A stretch of DNA of 64,000 nucleotides, from positions 18,537 to 82,536 of the IMG/VR virus record IMGVR_UViG_3300029305_001221; one strand, 5' to 3'. The notes beneath the pieces are model-generated. The model was not told the origin of the DNA. It saw nothing but the letters and a program-made list of their open reading frames with translations, and did not search any database. Positions within the stretch are counted from its first letter, which is position 1; every line of letters starts with the position of its first letter. Position numbers and translations under genes: made by a program. Source of the stretch: a virus. Lineage: Duplodnaviria; Caudoviricetes. Of the stretch, positions 57,842 to 64,000 are shown piece after piece.

Positions 57842-58443
57842 GTGATTTTATCAACACGACCGATGTCTTAGGTGACGATGCGGTATGCGATGGGATGATC
57901 ATGAAGACTTTGTCAGAGTATGCAGACAGTCACGTCACCACTATAGGCGATTATGTGTTTTATAACTGCAATAAACTGACGAAGCTCGATCTACCAAACG
58001 CCGCGTCAATCGGGGTATTCGCGTTCTATGGCTGTTCGGCGATGAAGACTATTAATCTACCTGTTGCAACACTGATCGATAACTATGCGTTCTACAACGG
58101 TTATGCACTTGAATCGGTGAATACTCCGCTTGTAACAGAAATTGGTAAATCTGCATTTCGGTATTGTACAAAACTCGCATCGATCGACCTACCTTCGGCG
58201 ATACTGATCGACTCGTATGCGTTCTATAACTGTACGTCTTTAACTGCGATTATCCTACGCAGCGAAACGACGTGCGAATTGACCGACACAAATGTATTTA
58301 CCAATACTCCGATTGCCGATGGTACTGGTTATATCTACGTGCCTAGCACACTCGTAGAAATATATCAAAATGGGACCAATTGGTCTCTCTATTCCAGTCA
58401 ATTCCGAGCTATCGAAGACTATCCCGATATCATTGGAGGTTAA
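57838..58443 (+). CDS. BspA-type leucine-rich repeat protein
   Basis: TIGDYVFYNCNKLTKLDLPNAASIGVFAFYGC repeats; C-terminus paralogous to the upstream gene. Confidence 0.85.
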   Translation: MSDFINTTDVLGDDAVCDGMIMKTLSEYADSHVTTIGDYVFYNCNKLTKLDLPNAASIGVFAFYGCSAMKTINLPVATLIDNYAFYNGYALESVNTPLVTEIGKSAFRYCTKLASIDLPSAILIDSYAFYNCTSLTAIILRSETTCELTDTNVFTNTPIADGTGYIYVPSTLVEIYQNGTNWSLYSSQFRAIEDYPDIIGG

Positions 58444-58445
58444 AT

Positions 58446-58616
58446 ATGATTGTAACTGAACATTTTACCACTCGCTCCGATGGTGTTGAGCTTATTCGCA
58501 CCTATTCTGATGCTGGTATGATGATTGAACGGGATGGTATTCGCTATTCCGAGGCTGTGGACCCTATTCATATTGGTAGGGTCTACACCGAAACAACCGA
58601 GCGAGTAGAAGAATAG
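58446..58616 (+). CDS. Small hypothetical protein (56 aa)
   Basis: GGAGG RBS before ATG 58446. Confidence 0.7.
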   Translation: MIVTEHFTTRSDGVELIRTYSDAGMMIERDGIRYSEAVDPIHIGRVYTETTERVEE

Positions 58617-58633
58617 AAAGGAGATGATACCAG

Positions 58634-59197
58634 ATGGCACACGCTCATAATATTGTTGATTCGGATCTACACTTTACGATCAATCCTTTGACTAGAGTGA
58701 TTTCGAATAAGACTAATAAGATTACTATTATCCAGTATGACCATAACTCCGAGCGGTTTACTTTTGAGATCCCCAGATATGTTGATGGACATGATATGTC
58801 GCTTTGTAACAAGGTAGAAGTTCACTACAACAACATCGGAACCTCGGGTAAGAGTCAGGATTCTTACGAAGTCACAGACCTTGCGATTAGTCCCGTTGAT
58901 GAAAATCTTGTTACCTGTAGCTGGCTGATCTCTAATACCGCGACTAAGTATGCCGGACAGTTGAACTTCCTTGTCCGATATGCTTGCATGACTGACGATA
59001 CCATCGACTATGCCTGGAGTACAGCAATCTATTCTGGCATATCCATTTCCAACGGCATCTATCACGGTTCTGATGTCACAACGGTTGTTGATACTGCCGA
59101 TGCGACCGCAACCGCCGAAACTATTCTTAGTGGTTATACCGCTTATGTGAACGGTAGAAAGATTACCGGCACGTATGTACCGCCCGCAACTACTTAA
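58634..59197 (+). CDS. BppU-like domain protein with a DATATA fibre repeat
   Basis: Third copy of the QYDHNSE domain. Confidence 0.75.
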   Translation: MAHAHNIVDSDLHFTINPLTRVISNKTNKITIIQYDHNSERFTFEIPRYVDGHDMSLCNKVEVHYNNIGTSGKSQDSYEVTDLAISPVDENLVTCSWLISNTATKYAGQLNFLVRYACMTDDTIDYAWSTAIYSGISISNGIYHGSDVTTVVDTADATATAETILSGYTAYVNGRKITGTYVPPATT

Positions 59198-59215
59198 TTA
59201 AAAGGAGGCTCACTC

Positions 59216-59608
59216 ATGAGCAATAAGCATAGAGACTATACCAAGTATGCAAAGACCCAGGACGAGCCTGTCATGACTGTTATCGACGCGCCCTCCTTTG
59301 AAGAGGTTAAGGACGCCGAGGTTATCGAGCCTGTCGAGACTGCAGAGATTGTCGAACCTATTGAGGCTGTGGAGCCTATTATCGAGACTGCTCCCGCGCC
59401 TAAAATCGGTAGAGTATTTGGCTGCACCAGTCTGAATGTCCGTAAGGCTCCTAAGACTAATGCTGTGGTTATCTGCACGATCAACTGTCATGCCGAAGTC
59501 GAGATCGATGAGTTGGAATCCACTGACGATTTCTATAAGATTTGCACTGCTTCCGGCGTCGAAGGCTATTGTATGAAGAAATTCATTCGAGAGTCGGACG
59601 CCAAGTAA
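59216..59608 (+). CDS. SH3b domain protein
   Basis: CTSLNVRKAPKTNAVVICTI...GVEGYCMKKFI. Confidence 0.72.
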   Translation: MSNKHRDYTKYAKTQDEPVMTVIDAPSFEEVKDAEVIEPVETAEIVEPIEAVEPIIETAPAPKIGRVFGCTSLNVRKAPKTNAVVICTINCHAEVEIDELESTDDFYKICTASGVEGYCMKKFIRESDAK

Positions 59609-59620
59609 AGGAGATTCAAA

Positions 59621-59962
59621 ATGGATAGCATACTGACATCGATAAAGAAGTTGCTTGGCATCACGGCCGAGTATACGCAGTTTGATACGGATCTGATTAT
59701 ACATATCAACTCCGTATTCTCGATTCTGACTCAGCTCGGTGTCGGCCCATCTACTGGGTTTTCTATTCATGACGAGTATCGCGCATGGACTGACTTCTTG
59801 CCGGAAGATCCCAGACTCGAAATGGTGAAAACTTATGTTTATCTGAAGGTTAGACTTATGTTTGACCCTCCGGATAGATCCGCTGTGGCAGACGCTATAA
59901 AGCGACAGATCGACGAATTGGAGTTTAGGCTCAATGTCGCCGCGGACCAAGCGTCTCAGTAA
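59621..59962 (+). CDS. Putative head-tail connector/adaptor
   Basis: SILTSIKKLLGI...FDTDLIIHINS helical gp6/gp15-like pattern. Confidence 0.6.
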   Translation: MDSILTSIKKLLGITAEYTQFDTDLIIHINSVFSILTQLGVGPSTGFSIHDEYRAWTDFLPEDPRLEMVKTYVYLKVRLMFDPPDRSAVADAIKRQIDELEFRLNVAADQASQ

Positions 59963-59992
59963 TATTATTATATTTACGATAGGGGTGACAAA

Positions 59993-60343
59993 ATGAAACC
60001 TAAAATCTCCATTAAGGTCGGAAATGGTCATGATCCTGTAGAGATACAGAAGGCTATTGATACCGATCTGCAGACTACGAGTAAAACTGTCGTGGGTGCC
60101 ATTAATGAGCTGTATGATGAGATCGCGAATCTCCAGAACGAGGAAGTAGGTGAGAAATCTGTATATAATGCGGATACTCACTATGATTTCCCCTCCATTG
60201 GCGATGTCGATGTCGTCTATAAAGCGCAGAGCGAAAAACTGCTCTATCAGTGGGATCCTGATAGTTTGAAATACGTTATCCTCTGTGAGTCCACAGTGGA
60301 TATCGGTGATGTGGATGTAATCCATGGTGGAAATGCATCTTAA
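59993..60343 (+). CDS. Hypothetical virion-associated protein
   Basis: LQTTSKTVVGAINEL fibre-type repeat. Confidence 0.65.
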   Translation: MKPKISIKVGNGHDPVEIQKAIDTDLQTTSKTVVGAINELYDEIANLQNEEVGEKSVYNADTHYDFPSIGDVDVVYKAQSEKLLYQWDPDSLKYVILCESTVDIGDVDVIHGGNAS

Positions 60344-60369
60344 ACAAATCGAACACATTTAACGAAGGA

Positions 60370-61620
60370 GTGATTAATTTGGCTACCATCAATACTCGTA
60401 TCGTGCTGAGAAATGACTCTACTGCCAATTGGCTTCTGAATGAGGCTCAGGTCCTGCTAAAGGGCGAAGTTGGCATTGAATTTCTCGCTAACGGCACGGC
60501 AAAGATGAAGATCGGCGACGGCACTACTGCCTGGTCCGCTCTGCCTTATTTCGGCGGCGAAGAAGCTCATGTCTTTGAGGCTGAGATTGCTGCCGGTGGT
60601 AATCACGCTGCTGCTATCGCTACTGAAGTCGGTGAGACTACCCTTGTTAAGGGTGACGTGGCGATTATTAAGGAGCTGATTTCCGAAGACAATTATCAGC
60701 ATACTGCTTACGTTTATAACGGCTCTGCTTGGGCTGCTATGGACGGTAATTACAATGCCGAGAACGTCTATTTCGACGAAGACTTCGTGTTTACCAAGGC
60801 CCTGGGTACTGTTACTATCCCTTCTAGCGGTAGTACCACTGTGACCGCTGCTGGTAAGAATCTGAAGGAATTCTTCGCCGGTCTGTTTGCTGCTGAGCAG
60901 AATCCTAGTAAGACTGACCCCTCTGTTAGTGTTACTCTGACTGGCGCTGGCTCTTACGAAGTCGGTACTGTTCTGACTCCCAGCTATTCTGCCACTTTCG
61001 AGGATGGTAAGTATACTTATGGTCCCGAACCCACTGGCGCCACTGTCACTGGTTGGGCTGTTACTAGCACTGCCGGTGAGTCCTTTAGCGCTGCTTCTGG
61101 TACCTGTGCCGAACTGACTGTTACGGATGACATGTCTTATTCCGTCACTGCCAAGGCTACTCATACTGCCGGTTCCGTTCCCAAGACCAACCTGGGCAAC
61201 GATTGTGCTGACGCCACCAAGCAGATCGCTTCCGGTACCAAGTCTAAGACTTCCGGTACTATTACTGGTTATCGTAATAGCTTCTACGGCACTATGACCA
61301 CTAAGCCTGAGACCATGGTTTCTGCGGATATTCGCGCCCTGGCTGGTAAGTCCGATAAGGCTCTGGTTAATGGCGATGTGTTTAATGTCGACGTCGCAGT
61401 TGGTGCCATGCGTACTGTGATTGCTTATCCCGCAACCCTGAATGATCTGTCTGCTATCCAGGATAATAACGACTCCATGTCTAATATTATCTCTTCTTTC
61501 ACCAAGACCACCGTGTCTGTTGCGGATGCTAAGGGTGAGAACGCGATCAACTACAAGGTGTATTATATGGATTATGCTAATCCCTACGACACCGCTAATA
61601 AATACACTGTGACCATTTAA
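60370..61620 (+). CDS. Virion protein with Mtd_N-like N-terminus and Thr-rich Ig-like region
   Basis: NTRIVLRNDSTANW...LLKGE...KIGDG. Confidence 0.72.
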   Translation: MINLATINTRIVLRNDSTANWLLNEAQVLLKGEVGIEFLANGTAKMKIGDGTTAWSALPYFGGEEAHVFEAEIAAGGNHAAAIATEVGETTLVKGDVAIIKELISEDNYQHTAYVYNGSAWAAMDGNYNAENVYFDEDFVFTKALGTVTIPSSGSTTVTAAGKNLKEFFAGLFAAEQNPSKTDPSVSVTLTGAGSYEVGTVLTPSYSATFEDGKYTYGPEPTGATVTGWAVTSTAGESFSAASGTCAELTVTDDMSYSVTAKATHTAGSVPKTNLGNDCADATKQIASGTKSKTSGTITGYRNSFYGTMTTKPETMVSADIRALAGKSDKALVNGDVFNVDVAVGAMRTVIAYPATLNDLSAIQDNNDSMSNIISSFTKTTVSVADAKGENAINYKVYYMDYANPYDTANKYTVTI

Positions 61621-61635
61621 GGAGGTTGGATAAAT

Positions 61636-63420
61636 ATGGCTATTTCTTTTGGTAAAGTAAATCGTTCTGCCAGTTTCAACCCCACTTCGGCATTCCCTCT
61701 TGACGCAAGATATTACTTCGAAACTCTTGCCGCTGCTGAGGCTGCCGCTGCTGCTGCCGTAGAGGTTGGTAGTGCTGAAGGCACTTACTTCTATGGTCAG
61801 AACGTGGTTGTGGTTACTGAAACTGACGCTACTCTTTATGTAATCAACCCTGATAAGAAGCTGAAGCAGGTTGGTAAGGTGCCTCTGGGCGATGGTAAGT
61901 CCATTGCTGTTGCCGATGATGGTACCATTAGCATGCTTGGCTTCGCTGACGCTGAAGAAGGCGCTCAGCCTCGTAAGAAAGCCGACGGCACTATCGAGTG
62001 GGTTGTTCCCAGCACCGATACTGTTGATGGTCTGCAGTCTACTGTGGCCGGTCTGCAGTCCGATGTGGATGCTATCGAGGCCGATTATCTGAAGGCTGCC
62101 GATAAGACCGAGCTGGAGGGTAAGATTGCTACCGCTCAGAGCGCTGCTGAGGCTGCTCAGACTGATGTCGATAACCTTGAAGCTTATGTCGGCACCTTCA
62201 CCGCTGTTGGCGAAGAGACCACTGTCATCGGCTATATCGACGCTAAGATCGGTGCCATTCCCGAGCAGACTGATTACTCTGTAACTGTCGAGGAGTCTTC
62301 TCCCGAGGGTTACGCCAAGGCCTATACCTTCAAGCAGCTCGGTGAGACTGTCGCTACTATCAACATTCCCAAGGATATGGTTGTTGAATCCGGTAGCGTC
62401 GTTACCAATCCCGAGGGTCAGGCCGAGGGTACCTACATCAAGCTGGTCCTGGCTAATGCTAACGAGGACGAGCTGTATATTGATGTCGGCACTCTGATCG
62501 AGTACATCACTGGCGATACTGCCGCCGACGGTATGATTACCGTGGCTGTGGATCCCACTACTCATGTCGCTACTGCTACCATTAATGATGGTACTGTGAC
62601 CCTGGCCAAGCTCGAGACTAGCATCCAGACTGCTATCGGCAAGGCTCACGAGCATGAGAATGCTGATACCCTGGCCACTATTACCGAGGAGAAGGTTTCC
62701 GCTTGGGATGCCGCTCAGGTCAACGTGATCGATTCTGTTGACGAGGCTCAGTTTGCCATCGATGAGGCTAAGAATCTGACTCTGCTCGACATTGCTATGT
62801 CCAAGGTTACTGGTCTGAGCGATGCTCTGGCTGGTAAGGTCGATGTGGTCGAAGGTTCTCGTCTGATCAGTGAGGATGAGGCCGAGAAGCTGGAGAAGCT
62901 GGTCCTTGGCGATGACGGCTCCGTCTCTGTCAGTGGTACTATTGCTGCCGGTAATGTCGATGGTCTGGCTGACTGGATCACTAATCGCGCCGGCACTCTG
63001 AAGGGCCTTTCCGAGAATAACCTGGATGACACCCTGCTGGCTAAGCTGAATGGCATTGCTGAGGGTGCTCAGGTCAATGTGATCGACGGTGTGTCTGATG
63101 AGTTTACCATCTCTACCGATGGTAAGGTTCTCAGCGTCAACACTATCTCTCAGGATAAGATCACTGGTCTGCCCGAGGCTCTGGCTGGTAAGGTTGACGC
63201 AGTCGAAGGCATGGGTCTGTCCAGCAACGATTTTACCGACACTCTGCTGGCTAAGCTGAATGGTATTGCCGAGGGTGCCGAGGTCAATTACATCAAGTCT
63301 GTCAGCGATGAGTTTGCTGTCTCTGCCGAAGGTCAGCTGTCCATCGGTTCTATTAGCGTAAACAAGCTGGTTCAGGCTGAAGACGAAGTTCTGATCCTCA
63401 ATGGCGGCGCTTCTATGTGA
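61636..63420 (+). CDS. Fibre/decoration protein with coiled coil and KLNGIAEGAQVN repeats
   Basis: Repeated LAKLNGIAEGA(Q/E)VN and LAGKVD segments; high-expression codon bias. Confidence 0.7.
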   Translation: MAISFGKVNRSASFNPTSAFPLDARYYFETLAAAEAAAAAAVEVGSAEGTYFYGQNVVVVTETDATLYVINPDKKLKQVGKVPLGDGKSIAVADDGTISMLGFADAEEGAQPRKKADGTIEWVVPSTDTVDGLQSTVAGLQSDVDAIEADYLKAADKTELEGKIATAQSAAEAAQTDVDNLEAYVGTFTAVGEETTVIGYIDAKIGAIPEQTDYSVTVEESSPEGYAKAYTFKQLGETVATINIPKDMVVESGSVVTNPEGQAEGTYIKLVLANANEDELYIDVGTLIEYITGDTAADGMITVAVDPTTHVATATINDGTVTLAKLETSIQTAIGKAHEHENADTLATITEEKVSAWDAAQVNVIDSVDEAQFAIDEAKNLTLLDIAMSKVTGLSDALAGKVDVVEGSRLISEDEAEKLEKLVLGDDGSVSVSGTIAAGNVDGLADWITNRAGTLKGLSENNLDDTLLAKLNGIAEGAQVNVIDGVSDEFTISTDGKVLSVNTISQDKITGLPEALAGKVDAVEGMGLSSNDFTDTLLAKLNGIAEGAEVNYIKSVSDEFAVSAEGQLSIGSISVNKLVQAEDEVLILNGGASM

Positions 63421-63479
63421 TCGCTATTGTAGATAAATCCACAAATCCACTATAAATTTCAAAATGGAGGAATTTAATT

Positions 63480-64000
63480 ATGGCTGAGAAAATTCTGAAC
63501 ACTCGCATCCAGCTCAAGTATGACTCTTATACTAACTGGACTACTAACAATCCCAAGCTGAAGAAGGGTGAGGTCGCTATTGCTACCATCGATAATAACG
63601 CCGATGGTATTAAGAACGCTCCTTCCATCGTCGTCAAGGTTGGTGATGGTGAACATAACTATAACGATCTGAAGTTCATCTCCGGTCTGGCTGCTGACGT
63701 GCATGGTTGGGCTAAGGCTGAGAACAGACCTACCTACACTGCTGACGATATCGAGGGTCTGTCCGAGTACATCTCTGGCGAGATCCAGGATACCGACACC
63801 CAGTATAAGCTGGTCAAGGTTGACGACTACAACTACAAGCTGCAGTCTAAGGCTCTGGACGGCGCTTGGGCTGATGTCGCTGATGGTGCCATCGTTATTC
63901 CCAAGTACGATGATACCGAGGTCCGTGGTCTGATCACCGCTATCAAGGACGGCACTTCTATCGACAGCTTTGCCGACGTTGAGCCTGCTCTGGCTGGTAA
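63480..64000 (+). CDS. Mtd_N-like virion protein, 3'-truncated at the window end
   Basis: ATG 63480 MAEKILNTRIQLKYDSYTNW...LKKGE...KVGDG; open to the end. Confidence 0.75.
   Translation, partial: MAEKILNTRIQLKYDSYTNWTTNNPKLKKGEVAIATIDNNADGIKNAPSIVVKVGDGEHNYNDLKFISGLAADVHGWAKAENRPTYTADDIEGLSEYISGEIQDTDTQYKLVKVDDYNYKLQSKALDGAWADVADGAIVIPKYDDTEVRGLITAIKDGTSIDSFADVEPALAG

Noticed and set aside
57640-58443. Possible DGR template/variable repeat pair in the LRR C-termini
   Set aside because: Differences are widespread, largely synonymous and not confined to adenines; no reverse transcriptase in the window.
60457-62655. Long minus-strand ORFs (732 aa here; also 11651-13261, 59210-60358, 38902-39648 and others)
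   Set aside because: They shadow strongly codon-biased + strand genes, lack RBSs and give no recognisable motifs.
1-64000. Prophage or temperate lifestyle; core head and tail genes
   Set aside because: No integrase, att site or host genes, and no large terminase, portal, capsid or tape measure in the window. Lifestyle cannot be called; those genes presumably lie outside.

Overview
The window is a 64 kb piece of a dsDNA tailed-phage genome (Caudoviricetes). All genes I accept lie on the + strand, and no host chromosomal DNA, integrase, CRISPR array or reverse transcriptase is visible. A Spo0A effector domain, a SleB-like hydrolase, CotH and BspA-LRR domains and strong AAAGGAG RBSs point to a spore-forming Bacillota (probably Clostridia) host. 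Layout: 1-7.5 kb replication (5'-truncated helicase-primase-exonuclease-PolB fusion, SSB, 3 tRNAs, HNH, SF2 helicase); 7.5-35.7 kb about 80 small early/middle genes including ThyX-like, dNMP kinase, MazG-like, PncA, FolD and Spo0A_C; 35.7-36.1 kb an AT-rich TGGCCA-repeat region (possible origin); 37.4-41.8 kb VRR-Nuc, Cas4-like nuclease and a 915-aa protein with the two-barrel RNA polymerase signature GADFDGD plus four HTHs; about 41.84 kb a probable cos genome end; 41.9-64 kb virion fibre/adhesin genes with a TerS-like/HNH pair. Three observations stand out. (1) A putative single-chain two-barrel phage RNA polymerase. (2) A 25-bp motif CGCGAA-N5-CA-N7-TTATR found 9 times with invariant spacing, mostly heading promoter-small ORF-terminator cassettes; it is the likely cognate promoter. 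(3) A 181-nt structured element at 51311-51491 whose loops carry SD/anti-SD motifs and an MKKK minigene. All family assignments come from motifs read by eye; no searches were run.
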